64,000 nt of DNA, taken from contig DUET01000087.1 of the NCBI GenBank assembly GCA_011192015.1, positions 10,341 to 74,340 of the forward strand, given 5' to 3'. This stretch comes from Anaerolineae bacterium (GTDB lineage Bacteria; Chloroflexota; Anaerolineae; Anaerolineales; E44-bin32). Made by a program: the position numbers and the translations under genes. The notes under the pieces were generated by a model. That model was not told the origin of the DNA. It saw only the letters and a program-made list of their open reading frames with translations, and ran no database searches. Positions 28,677-38,117 of the stretch are shown here, in pieces (within the stretch, counting starts at the first letter, position 1; every line of letters starts with the position of its first letter).

Positions 28677-29660
28677 CTACAAGCGTGGAAAATCCAGCAT
28701 GAGTGTTTCGAGTGCCAACTGCGGATTCGCGTTTCGGTCCAGCGCCTCCAGCGTGCGCTCAGTTGCACGCAACGCTGTCAGAAGATCTCGAATACCTACT
28801 TGAGAGCTGATTCGCTTCAGATCCTCGTGACGATCGGGATTGTTCATGGATGCGTCAGTTCCTAGCCCTCGGTGTGCGGCATCGCGCCAAAGCGCCAACC
28901 ATGTCTCCAGCATCGGATAGAGGGAAGCCGGATCCTTTGTGAGTTTTTCCACACGCTGAAAACGTTCGGCTCGATTCATGAACAACAAGGCGGAGAGTTC
29001 ATCCAACCGCTGCACCCGACGTTGCCGCCATTCAGTGTCTTCAGCCATACGTAGCGCCCAGCCCGGTCTCCCAGCCGATATCGCAGCCAGCAATTCTGCC
29101 TGCTCTGCCTCCTCGCCTCGCGCCATCAAGGCTCCTTCAAGCTCATATGCAGGCAGGCAGCGCAATTGCAGCACCTCACATCGCGAGACAATCGTCGGCA
29201 ATAATTCCTCCGCTGTTCGAGCCGTGAGCAGCATGACGACTCTGTCAGCAGGTTCCTCAAGCGTCTTCAAGAGGGCATTGGATGCGCTTGCAGTGGCTTC
29301 ATGAAATCGAAGCATCAAGGCGATACGCCAATGGGCTTCATAGGGCGTAAGCGCAAGCTTACGCTGCAGTTCCCGAATCTGACCCACACCAAGCGTTGCT
29401 CCGGCTCCCTCTGACTCCACCACGTGTAAATCCGGATGCATTTGATCCGCCATCAGCCGGCAAGTTCGGCACTCGCCGCACACCCCCCCTTTCTCCATCC
29501 TGGTTTCACAACACAGCGCCTGTGCGAAACGCAGGGCCAGCGTGCGTTTCCCCACACCATCCGGACCTGTGAAGAGATAGGCATGGCGCACTTGTCCACC
29601 CGAGATATACCGCTGAAGAAGTTGGACTGCCCAAGCGTGGCCGATCATCTGCCAATCCAT
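28677..29660 (-). CDS. holB: DNA polymerase III delta-prime subunit
   Basis: GHAWAVQLLQRYISGGQVRHAYLFTGPDGVGKRTLALRFAQALCC, Zn-module CGECRTCRL and LLKTLEEP are clamp-loader delta-prime/tau-like blocks. The short length without a tau C-terminus favours HolB. Confidence 0.8.
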   Translation of the reverse strand: MDWQMIGHAWAVQLLQRYISGGQVRHAYLFTGPDGVGKRTLALRFAQALCCETRMEKGGVCGECRTCRLMADQMHPDLHVVESEGAGATLGVGQIRELQRKLALTPYEAHWRIALMLRFHEATASASNALLKTLEEPADRVVMLLTARTAEELLPTIVSRCEVLQLRCLPAYELEGALMARGEEAEQAELLAAISAGRPGWALRMAEDTEWRQRRVQRLDELSALLFMNRAERFQRVEKLTKDPASLYPMLETWLALWRDAAHRGLGTDASMNNPDRHEDLKRISSQVGIRDLLTALRATERTLEALDRNANPQLALETLMLDFPRL

Positions 29661-29748
29661 ACGCCCATTCTATATCAGTCACGCATCCAGCAACAGGTTG
29701 CCGATTCCGATTGGATGCCTTCGGCGGGATGGTGTATAACCTTGTTCA

Positions 29749-30741
29749 ATGTCTATCCGAAAGGCTGCTTTCCTCCTGGGAGACATTCCCGTGCAGAGCG
29801 AGTTGGTCCTGGCTCCCATGGACGGTATCTGCGACATGGCGTTCCGCCGCCTATGCCGCCGCTTCGGTTCCGGCATGAGCATCATCCCTTTTCTTCACGC
29901 ACGTGAGCTGATGGCATCCGATCTGGAGATGAATCCCTCTTTGCAGTTCACTCCAGACGAGCGACCGATCATCCTTCAGCTCTACGACAATTGCGAGGAG
30001 AACATCATCCTCGCAGCGAACAACTTGCAGAAAATCCAACCCGATGCCATCGACATCAACATGGGTTGTTCCATCCGCAGCATCTCGGCACGCGGCGCTG
30101 GAGCCGGGATGCTGCGTGATCCCCAGAAAATTGCCAGCATCATCCGGCGTTTGAGTTCCATGCTGGATATTCCCATTACGGCAAAAATCCGCATCGGATG
30201 GGACTCCAAGAATCTCAATTCCCTCGAGATCGCACGTACGATCGAGGAGAATGGTGGAGCGCTGATCGCCGTGCATGGCCGAACGCGCCAGCAGAGATTA
30301 TCGGGGCTTGCGGATTGGGACTCGATCGCAGCCATCAAACAGGAAGTCGGTATCCCGGTGATCGGAAACGGCGATGTGCGCTCAATTGCCGACATCCAAC
30401 GCATGAAATCCCACACAGGCTGCGATGCGATCATGATCGGTCGAGCCTCCATCGGCAATCCCTGGATCTTTGAACCCCGAACGCGCGCAAGCGTACCCCA
30501 ATCAGAAGTCGGCGAAGTGATCGGCGAACACCTGGAAAACATGCTGCTCCTGTATGAACCCCTCAAAGCCATCAGTCGCTTCCGCAAGCACCTCGTTCGC
30601 TATGTGGAACCGCACGCTCTGTCCGACGATCTGCGTTTGCGTCTCCTGACAAGCGATCATCTCGTCTCCCTCCTCGAGCTTCTCGCTCAAGCGGGTTTCG
30701 CAATCCCAAATCGCCAGAAGCTCATGAACTGCGTGTCCTAG
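29749..30741 (+). CDS. dus: tRNA-dihydrouridine synthase
   Basis: LAPMDGICDMAFRRLC, IDINMGCS, KIRIGWD, VHGRTRQQ and VIGNGDV are canonical Dus TIM-barrel motifs. Confidence 0.85.
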   Translation: MSIRKAAFLLGDIPVQSELVLAPMDGICDMAFRRLCRRFGSGMSIIPFLHARELMASDLEMNPSLQFTPDERPIILQLYDNCEENIILAANNLQKIQPDAIDINMGCSIRSISARGAGAGMLRDPQKIASIIRRLSSMLDIPITAKIRIGWDSKNLNSLEIARTIEENGGALIAVHGRTRQQRLSGLADWDSIAAIKQEVGIPVIGNGDVRSIADIQRMKSHTGCDAIMIGRASIGNPWIFEPRTRASVPQSEVGEVIGEHLENMLLLYEPLKAISRFRKHLVRYVEPHALSDDLRLRLLTSDHLVSLLELLAQAGFAIPNRQKLMNCVS

Positions 30742-30882
30742 CTTCCCCGACTCGTTTCCATGGAGACGCCCAAAAGGCTTCCGCATACATTCTTTCCCGT
30801 TCGCCCTCCGGTTTCCCATGGCGCCGTTCGCTCTGGTCCAAGCCCAAGGGTATAATCCACTCACTTCGCCATTGAGGTTGTC

Positions 30883-31410
30883 ATGCCGAATACATTGCAA
30901 AGCATACTGAATAACCCCACGATCTCTCGTATTCGCCGCAATCATGGATTGGAACATGCCACCATCCATATGATGAGCCGACGTCATCCAAATTCGACCT
31001 TCATCGGACGTTCGGACTGGCGTGGTTTCTTCTTCTATGGCAATGTTTCCACACAGGAACTGGAGGAAGCCGTCGACGAGGCCCTGGCCCGGCTGCGGCA
31101 AGGTGAAAGCCGGCTTGCCCTACATGCAAATTGCGGAACAAATTTCCTGACCACTGCTGTGCTGGTGGCTAGCGCATCCTTCTTGGCGCTCATGGGGACC
31201 GGCAAGGACGAGCGCCCAGGTGACCGCATGCTTCGTCTCCCCTTGGCGATTGTGGCAGCTGTCTTCGCCCTGATCTTATCGCAGCCTCTGGGTGCCATGC
31301 TTCAGAAAAACCTCACCACCTCAAGCGATCCTGGCTCTCTCGAAGTCATCTCCATCCGGCGTATCACCTCCGGACGCCCGACCATCCATCGCATCCTGAC
31401 TCACGACTGA
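30883..31410 (+). CDS. Conserved hypothetical membrane protein (RRNHGLEHAT / HANCGTN motifs)
   Basis: 175 aa with two central/C-terminal hydrophobic helices. The His/Glu/Cys-containing motifs NHGLEHATIHMM and LALHANCGTNF suggest metal binding. The stop lies 1 nt before the holA ATG. Confidence 0.55.
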   Translation: MPNTLQSILNNPTISRIRRNHGLEHATIHMMSRRHPNSTFIGRSDWRGFFFYGNVSTQELEEAVDEALARLRQGESRLALHANCGTNFLTTAVLVASASFLALMGTGKDERPGDRMLRLPLAIVAAVFALILSQPLGAMLQKNLTTSSDPGSLEVISIRRITSGRPTIHRILTHD

Positions 31411-31411
31411 T

Positions 31412-32380
31412 ATGCAAACACAGAAACCCACCGTCTACATCCTTCACGGCGATAACAAACTCGCCATTCGTGAGTTCATCTCCAAGCTTCGCCAGAAGCT
31501 TGGAGATGCCCAAGCCTCCCAGATGGATGTCCAACGCTTCGATGGCGATTCGCTGGATTTTGGTTCCCTGGAGGAGGCATGCACGACGATCCCCTTCTTG
31601 AGCCCCCGCCGATTGATCACCCTCGAAAACGCTGGTTCGGTCATCGGAAAGGGCAATCGTGAGGATGCATTCTTCGATCTGCTCGACAGACTTCCCCAAT
31701 CCACAGCGCTGATACTTGTGGATTTCCGCAACCTGAATCCGCAATCATCGAAATTACTGCAATGGGCTCAGGATCATGCCTCACAGTCATACGTGCGCGA
31801 CTTTAAAACACCCAAGGGGCATGATTTCACCCGCTGGATGACAAAACGCTGCCGCGCAGTGGGAGGCGAAATCGATCCACAAGCCGCGGCTTTGCTTGCC
31901 GATCTGGTCGCCGGCGACACGCATCTTGCGGAACAGGAACTGGAAAAATTACTGGACTATGTCGATCGGCAACGCCCTGTCAACATCCACGATGTTGAGC
32001 AGCTCACACCCTTCCACGGACAAAGCAATGTCTTCGCCATGGTGGACGCGGTGGGGCAGCGCGATGGTCGCCAGGCATTCACTCATCTTCATCGGCTGCT
32101 TGAAGATCATCCTCCTCGCTACGCCTTCAGCATGATCGTTCGCCAATTCCGCCTTCTGCTGCAAGCCCGTGAAGCCATCGACACCCAGATCGATCCGCAT
32201 AAGGTCCTCAAAGTTCATGCCTTCGTCATCGATAAGGTTTCTGCACAGGCACGGAATTTTTCTCTTAACGATCTGGAAAACATCTATCACAAGCTGCTCG
32301 ACATCGACCTCGCCAGCAAGACCGGGCGTGTCGATCTGGATGTCGCCCTCGATAGCTTGCTTGCAGTTTTGACCGCCTGA
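31412..32380 (+). CDS. holA: DNA polymerase III delta subunit
   Basis: 322 aa. The N-terminus VYILHGDNKLAIREFISKL and the overall delta-like pattern (FLSPRRLITLEN, LEKLLDY) are present, in a context with other replisome genes. Confidence 0.7.
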   Translation: MQTQKPTVYILHGDNKLAIREFISKLRQKLGDAQASQMDVQRFDGDSLDFGSLEEACTTIPFLSPRRLITLENAGSVIGKGNREDAFFDLLDRLPQSTALILVDFRNLNPQSSKLLQWAQDHASQSYVRDFKTPKGHDFTRWMTKRCRAVGGEIDPQAAALLADLVAGDTHLAEQELEKLLDYVDRQRPVNIHDVEQLTPFHGQSNVFAMVDAVGQRDGRQAFTHLHRLLEDHPPRYAFSMIVRQFRLLLQAREAIDTQIDPHKVLKVHAFVIDKVSAQARNFSLNDLENIYHKLLDIDLASKTGRVDLDVALDSLLAVLTA

Positions 32381-32483
32381 ATACCATCCCCTCTCTGGGC
32401 TGCTTCACAAGCCTGAAGAAACCATCCCCCGCATGCGAAGCTCCTGGTAGTGATGGAACCGCCAGTTCCATACACACCAATCC

Positions 32484-32520
32484 GTCAAGCGCTTGATCTT
32501 CACGAAGATAGGCGCTTGAC
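32484..32520. repeat. 37-nt near-perfect inverted repeat / hairpin between convergent genes
   Basis: GTCAAGCGC (32484-32492) pairs with GCGCTTGAC (32512-32520), and the inner ATCTTC pairs with GAAGAT, giving about 17 of 18 positions paired if G-U is allowed. It contains the 12-bp palindrome TCAAGCGCTTGA. No T-run follows on either strand. Confidence 0.6.
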
Positions 32521-32627
32521 GCATGCCTTCTGCGAAGGACCGATTTGAATCAAACCACATCCCACCCAACCACACGCAATTCGTTGGCCAATTACCGTGC
32601 GGAAGGGTTGAGATTCAACTCATCCAT

Positions 32628-32861
32628 TTAGTTACGATCTTCGATACCCAGCCAGAAGTGATGTGGAAGCACGGAACCGCTCGAACACAGTTTCATGCCC
32701 GCAGCCGTCTTTGGTGGATTCTTGCCCAACGTTCGGGGATGCACAAAGCAGAGATCGGGTGTGCGACCGTACTTGCTGCGATAATGATCCGCAGCCCGGC
32801 TGACTTTGACGCCTAGATCCTGCCGACCATCATCATCGAACCAAAGCATGCCGATTTCCAT
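32628..32861 (-). CDS. Small conserved hypothetical protein (MLWFDDD... family)
   Basis: ORF 32628-32891; likely start MEIGMLWFDDDGRQDLGVKVSRAADHYRSKYGRTPDLCFVHP. The sequence is protein-like, whereas the opposite-strand ORF 32523-32816 is not. It overlaps the upstream ORF. Confidence 0.45.
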   Translation of the reverse strand: MEIGMLWFDDDGRQDLGVKVSRAADHYRSKYGRTPDLCFVHPRTLGKNPPKTAAGMKLCSSGSVLPHHFWLGIEDRN

Positions 32862-33177
32862 CTCGTCCTCCTTGAATCCTCGCAGCCACATGCTCGATGC
32901 TCCAAGTTCCCCGTTTCAAATCATGGGAAAGCACGCAGTGCAGACCATTGGATGTGCATAGGGCAATACGATGTCGATCCTCAGATTCGTCCTTCGTTCG
33001 AGAAATTACAGCCAGCGAATCCAGCACACGACGCACGACATGGCGATGTCCGCGCCAAAGAAAAGCGCCCGGCAGATTTTCACCGATCCAGCGCTCGATG
33101 TGGATCAATTCACCACATTCCAGATTCGTTGTGTCCCGAGAGCCCATGCCCAACCTCATCCCAGACAAATAGAACAC
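32833..33177 (-). CDS. Small hypothetical protein (FLWRGHRHVV...W motif)
   Basis: 114-aa ORF whose 3' end overlaps the next small ORF in a different frame (17-59 nt depending on start choice). No family assigned. Confidence 0.4.
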   Translation of the reverse strand: MFYLSGMRLGMGSRDTTNLECGELIHIERWIGENLPGAFLWRGHRHVVRRVLDSLAVISRTKDESEDRHRIALCTSNGLHCVLSHDLKRGTWSIEHVAARIQGGRDGNRHALVR

Positions 33178-33348
33178 TTGTTCGTGTCTTCATCATACCA
33201 GAACATACGTTCCAATGTCAAGCATCCAGGCTTTGCCGTCTCCTGAATTCAAACAGTCAGGCTGCAGATGTGAGTCTTTGCTTTCAACATGCGGATTCGA
33301 CTCAAGCGGCTATGCTACAATTGCATCACAGGTGGAGGTTTTCAATCC

Positions 33349-34200
33349 ATGCAGGACGTTCGTCCTTCTCCAATCGCTGGAGCTTGGTATCCGGGGGACC
33401 CAGATAAGCTGAAAGCATCCGTGGATGCGCAGCTGGAGGCTGCCCAGATTCCAACGCTTGAAGACGAGATCGTCGGCGTGATTGCGCCACATGCCGGGCA
33501 TCGATACTCCGGAGCTGTCGCCGCCCATGCTTTCCGCTGTTTGAAGGGATTGGATCCCACGGTTGTGGCCGTCATCTCACCCATGCATCAACCCCATGAA
33601 GGCAGATTGTGCACCACCGACCATCGCGCCTATGCAACGCCCCTGGGAGAGATCCCGGTGGATCATACACTCATCGAGGAACTTGAGAGCAATCTCGATC
33701 CCCAACTCGGGTTGACCATCGAACGCATTCGCTTCGATCAAGAACATTCCTTGGAGATCGAACTCCCGTTCCTGCAGCGTGTGCTGCGCACACCCTTCAG
33801 ACTGCTGCCCCTGATGTTGCGTGACCAAACCAGGACCACTTGTGAAGACGTTGGACATGCGCTGGCTGCTGTGCTGAGATCGAAATCATACATTCTGGTT
33901 GCCAGTTCCGATCTCTCGCATTTCAAGTCCGACGCCGTCGCCCGTCAGCTGGATGCGTTCATGCTTGAACGCATCGAGGCCTTCGATCCCATCGGCATCC
34001 TCGACGCCGAGGAGCATAAGCTCGGTTATGCCTGTGGCAAAGGCGCCATGGCTGCTACGCTATGGGCGGCCAAGGACCTTGGAGCCACGGATGTCAAAGT
34101 ATTGAGCTATGCCAATTCCGGAGACGTAACCGGTGATCTCTATTCAGTAGTGGGATACGGCGCGGCCGTAATCACCCGGAGCTATGAACCCCGCAGATGA
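33349..34200 (+). CDS. AmmeMemoRadiSam system protein B (MEMO1-family)
   Basis: ORF 33289-34200; ATG 33349 lies 10 nt after GGAGG. MQDVRPSPIAGAWYPGDPDKL...IAPHAGHRYSG...DLSHF match Memo-family hallmarks. Confidence 0.8.
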   Translation: MQDVRPSPIAGAWYPGDPDKLKASVDAQLEAAQIPTLEDEIVGVIAPHAGHRYSGAVAAHAFRCLKGLDPTVVAVISPMHQPHEGRLCTTDHRAYATPLGEIPVDHTLIEELESNLDPQLGLTIERIRFDQEHSLEIELPFLQRVLRTPFRLLPLMLRDQTRTTCEDVGHALAAVLRSKSYILVASSDLSHFKSDAVARQLDAFMLERIEAFDPIGILDAEEHKLGYACGKGAMAATLWAAKDLGATDVKVLSYANSGDVTGDLYSVVGYGAAVITRSYEPRR

Positions 34201-34260
34201 GCTCACGACGTATGTTCAAATCCTTGCACGATCCTATCCCTGATTGGTGATACCAAAGAT

Positions 34261-35613
34261 ATGGACACATCACCCATAATTGTGATCCTGAGAATTCTCG
34301 CCCTGATGCTTCTCGTGCTGGCGAATGGCTTCTTTGTCGCTGCCGAGTTCTCTCTCGTCAGCGTCCGCCGCACACGTATCGCAGAACTTGTAGCCAACGG
34401 CAATCGAGCCGCACGCTGGGTTCAGAGAGCGATCGACGACCCCGACAGCGTCATCGCCGCCACACAGTTGGGAATCACCCTCTCCAGCCTAGGATTGGGC
34501 TGGATCGGCGAACCCGTTCTCGCGCAGCTCTTCCAACCCCTAATTTCCCTGCTCCCCGAAAGCGTCCAGAGCGGAGCTTCCCACGGCTTGTCCGCGGGCC
34601 TGGCTTTCGCTGTGATCACCTTCCTGCACGTAGTGATCGGCGAATTGGCTCCGAAATCGATCGCCCTGCAGAATCCCGAGCGAACCTCCCTCGTGGTGGC
34701 CCGACCGACGATCTGGACCGAGTATGTGTTCAAACCATTCATTTGGTTGCTCAATGGATCCGGCAACGCCCTCCTGCGTTTGATCGGCGTGCAACCTGCC
34801 GCTGGGCACGAGATGGTCCACTCGGTGGCCGAGTTGAAGATGCTCGTACGCGCCAGCGCGGAGGGCGGAAAATTCGGTTTCCGCGAGCAAGAAATGGTCG
34901 ATGCCGTCTTCGACTTCCGCAACACCCTCGTGCGCCAAGTCATGGTGCCGCGCACCGAGATGGTGGCCATCGCCTCCGATCTGAATACGCAGGAACTGAT
35001 CGACGTTCTCGTTGAGAACCCCTACACCAAGGTCCCCGTTTACGAGGGTGATCTGGATCACATCGTGGGAGTCATCTATCTCAAGGACATACTCAGGGAA
35101 ACGAAAGTCGACGACACCCACCCTCGAACCGCCGCCGATCTGATGCGCGATGCCATCTTCGTGCCGGAGGCGGCACGCATCAGCACTTTGCTCGAACTCT
35201 TCCGTAGCAGCTGTCAACATATCGCCATCGTACTCGACGAGTACGGGGGAACCGCCGGTGTCGTCACGCTGGAAGACCTGGTCGAGGAGATCGTCGGAGA
35301 AGTCGGTGAGCCCTTCGATACCGAAGCAGTCATCCAACCGCTTCCGGACGGCTCCTCGCTTGTGGATGGTTTGACACTGATTGAGGAGATCAACGATCAC
35401 TTTGCATTATCGCTTCAGGATGCCCACTACGACACCATCGCCGGTTACATCATCGGTCGTCTCGGGCGCCTGGCACAGGTCGGTGACACTGTCACAGCCG
35501 AGGGAGCACGCTTTCGTGTGGTATCCGTGGACGGGCTGCGCATCGATCGCGTTTCCCTCACGCCGATAGCCACCGGCGAAACCACTCAATCTCCCTCCTC
35601 TCCCAGCGATTGA
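34261..35613 (+). CDS. Hemolysin/CNNM-family membrane protein (DUF21-CBS pair-CorC_HlyC)
   Basis: N-terminal DUF21 TM region (LANGFFVAAEFSLVSVRR) with a GELAPKSIAL block. Tandem CBS region (VMVPRTEMVAI...). C-terminal transporter-associated domain (LPDGSSLVDGLTLIEEINDHF...YDTIAGYI). Confidence 0.85.
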   Translation: MDTSPIIVILRILALMLLVLANGFFVAAEFSLVSVRRTRIAELVANGNRAARWVQRAIDDPDSVIAATQLGITLSSLGLGWIGEPVLAQLFQPLISLLPESVQSGASHGLSAGLAFAVITFLHVVIGELAPKSIALQNPERTSLVVARPTIWTEYVFKPFIWLLNGSGNALLRLIGVQPAAGHEMVHSVAELKMLVRASAEGGKFGFREQEMVDAVFDFRNTLVRQVMVPRTEMVAIASDLNTQELIDVLVENPYTKVPVYEGDLDHIVGVIYLKDILRETKVDDTHPRTAADLMRDAIFVPEAARISTLLELFRSSCQHIAIVLDEYGGTAGVVTLEDLVEEIVGEVGEPFDTEAVIQPLPDGSSLVDGLTLIEEINDHFALSLQDAHYDTIAGYIIGRLGRLAQVGDTVTAEGARFRVVSVDGLRIDRVSLTPIATGETTQSPSSPSD

Positions 35614-35615
35614 TC

Positions 35616-38117
35616 ATGTTCGTAGAGGTCGCCGTCAATCTTCCCCCCGTTCGTGGGACCTTTGATTACCACCTGCCCGGTGAACTCGAAGGGCTTGTTC
35701 GACCAGGCCACCTGGTCACCGCGCCCTTTGGATCGCGACACGTGCAGGGTGTGGTCGTCGCCCTGCAACAACATGCCAAAGTTCCGGAGACGCGCCCCAT
35801 CGATGGACTCGTGGATCCCGATCCGGTTCTGATTCCGGCCCAACTCATGCTCGCTGAATGGCTTCAAAACCAGACCCGGTCGACTCTCATCGAGTGCCTG
35901 ACGTTGATGCTGCCTCCAGGTCTGAGCCAGCAGGCTGACTCGTTGTTCACACTCGCCATGCCGGACAGCCAGGGCGAGAATCCCTCCGAACATCGTCTGA
36001 TCGCTCTGCTGAAACGTCGTGGCCCACTGCGTGGGCGCCAGATCCAGCACGCCCTCTCGCGGTTTCGTTGGCGCCCAAGCGCCGATGTGTTGGTGCGCCG
36101 CGGCATTCTCACGCGGGTTTCGGTCCTCGATCCACCGAGCGCCCGTCCCCGGCGCGTGCGTAATGCTCGCCTCGCTATGCCTCCCGAGAGTGCTCGCCAG
36201 GCAACTTCCAACCTCGGAAGGGCCGGCTCGAAGGCTGCGCAGCGCCGTGCCGCCATTGTGGAAGCTCTGATCCAGGAGCGAGAAACGCTGGATGTCAGTT
36301 GGATCTACGCCTCCAGCGGAGGCAATCTGGCGGATCTGCGCGCCCTGGAGGAGCAGGGCATCCTCGCACTGGGAGAGACCGATGTCTGGCGTGATCCGTT
36401 GGAAGCGATGGAATTCGTTCCTGCAGAACCGCCGAAACTCACGCCGGATCAGGCGAGCGCTTGGGAAGTCATTTCCAGTGCCCTGCGGAAATTAGATTCC
36501 TCGTCCATCAAGCCCTTCTTGTTGCATGGCGTAACCGGATCGGGGAAGACCGAGATCTACCTGCGTGCTGTGGGAGAGGTCTTGGAGCATGGCCGCCGCG
36601 CCATCGTGCTCGTGCCCGAGATCGCACTCACCCCTCAAACCGTGCGCCGCTTCCTGGCTCGCTTTCCGGGGCAGATCGGCTTGATGCACTCCAAACTATC
36701 AGACGGCGAGCGCTACGACACCTGGCGTCGAGCCCGTGCGGGTTTGCTGAACGTGATCATCGGGCCGCGCAGCGCCCTCTTCGCTCCGCTACCCGACATC
36801 GGTCTGATCGTGATCGACGAGTGCCACGACGATTCCTACAAGGACACCCATCAAGCACCGCGCTATCACGCCCGTCAAGCTGCGATGGCTTACAGCCGCA
36901 TACTGCATGCCGGCTGCATCCTGGGCAGCGCCACGCCGGACGTGGTCACCAGCCACCTGGCTTCCAAGGGCGAGATCCACAGGCTGAGCCTGCCGCAGCG
37001 CATTCTGGGGCATCGCACGCGTCTCGAGCAGCAGGCGCGCCGATTGAAGGTGGAAACCCGCTATCGCGCAGCCCCCGGCGATGCCCGGCAGATCGATCTG
37101 CCGCCCGTGCGCGTGGTGGACATGCGCCAGGAGCTGCGGGCCGGCAACCGCTCACTCTTCAGCCGGCCGCTGCAGAAAGCGCTCGCTGAAACGGTCCAAT
37201 CCGGTGAGCAAGCAATCCTGTTTCTCAATCGCCGCGGCACAGCAACGTACGTCTTCTGCCGTGACTGCGGAACGGTAGTGCGCTGCCCTCGCTGCGAAAG
37301 CCCCCTCATCTATCATGCCAGCGATGGAAAACTCCTCTGCCATCACTGCAACTACAAGCGCGATCCCCCCACATCCTGTGCGCAATGTGGCGGGGAGCGG
37401 GTTCGTCACTTTGGCGCGGGCACGCAGCGCGTCGAGAGTGAGGTCGTCGAGCTGCTGCCCGAAGCCCGCACGCTGCGCTGGGACCTGGACACCACGCGCA
37501 CCAAGGGTTCTCACGACGTCATTCTCGCCCACTTCTCAGCCCACCGCGCCGACGTCCTCATCGGCACCCAGATGGTCGCCAAGGGGCTCGACCTTCCTCT
37601 CGTCACGCTCGTGGGTGTGGTATCGGCTGATACGGGTTTGAATCTGCCCGATTACCGCGCCGCCGAACGAACCTTCCAACTGCTCACCCAGGTCGCAGGC
37701 CGGGCTGGTCGCGGGTTGCTTGGTGGAAGGGTCATCCTGCAGACCTACCAACCTGATCACTACGCCATCCGGGCGGCTGCCAAGCATGACTACACCGCTT
37801 TCTATGAGCACGAGCTGAGCCAGAGGAAGTCGTTTGGGTATCCTCCCTTTCAACGGCTGGCGCGTTTGATGTTCCGCCATTTCTCCGAAAGCACGGCAGA
37901 AACGGAAGCCGATCGCCTGGCTGCAAGGTTACGCCATCGCATCGCCGCCGATCATGCCCGCGCGGATTTGATCGGCCCTGCGCCCTGTTTCTTCCGCCGC
38001 CGAAGGGGTGAATTTCGTTGGCAAATCATCCTGCGCGCCGCCGATCCAGCGCCCCTGATCCCCGAAGATCTACCTCAGGGTTGGATCGTAGACATCGATC
38101 CTGTGTCCCTGCTTTGA
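35616..38117 (+). CDS. priA: Primosomal protein N' (replication restart helicase PriA)
   Basis: FVEVAVNLP start, Walker A LLHGVTGSGKTEIY, DECHD box and Cys-rich zinc region CRDCGTVVRCPRCESPLIYH...CHHCNY...CAQCG. The start region overlaps the upstream stop. Confidence 0.9.
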   Translation: MFVEVAVNLPPVRGTFDYHLPGELEGLVRPGHLVTAPFGSRHVQGVVVALQQHAKVPETRPIDGLVDPDPVLIPAQLMLAEWLQNQTRSTLIECLTLMLPPGLSQQADSLFTLAMPDSQGENPSEHRLIALLKRRGPLRGRQIQHALSRFRWRPSADVLVRRGILTRVSVLDPPSARPRRVRNARLAMPPESARQATSNLGRAGSKAAQRRAAIVEALIQERETLDVSWIYASSGGNLADLRALEEQGILALGETDVWRDPLEAMEFVPAEPPKLTPDQASAWEVISSALRKLDSSSIKPFLLHGVTGSGKTEIYLRAVGEVLEHGRRAIVLVPEIALTPQTVRRFLARFPGQIGLMHSKLSDGERYDTWRRARAGLLNVIIGPRSALFAPLPDIGLIVIDECHDDSYKDTHQAPRYHARQAAMAYSRILHAGCILGSATPDVVTSHLASKGEIHRLSLPQRILGHRTRLEQQARRLKVETRYRAAPGDARQIDLPPVRVVDMRQELRAGNRSLFSRPLQKALAETVQSGEQAILFLNRRGTATYVFCRDCGTVVRCPRCESPLIYHASDGKLLCHHCNYKRDPPTSCAQCGGERVRHFGAGTQRVESEVVELLPEARTLRWDLDTTRTKGSHDVILAHFSAHRADVLIGTQMVAKGLDLPLVTLVGVVSADTGLNLPDYRAAERTFQLLTQVAGRAGRGLLGGRVILQTYQPDHYAIRAAAKHDYTAFYEHELSQRKSFGYPPFQRLARLMFRHFSESTAETEADRLAARLRHRIAADHARADLIGPAPCFFRRRRGEFRWQIILRAADPAPLIPEDLPQGWIVDIDPVSLL

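Noticed and set aside
34540-35400. 286-aa minus-strand ORF
   Set aside because: It is antisense to the DUF21-CBS-CorC gene.
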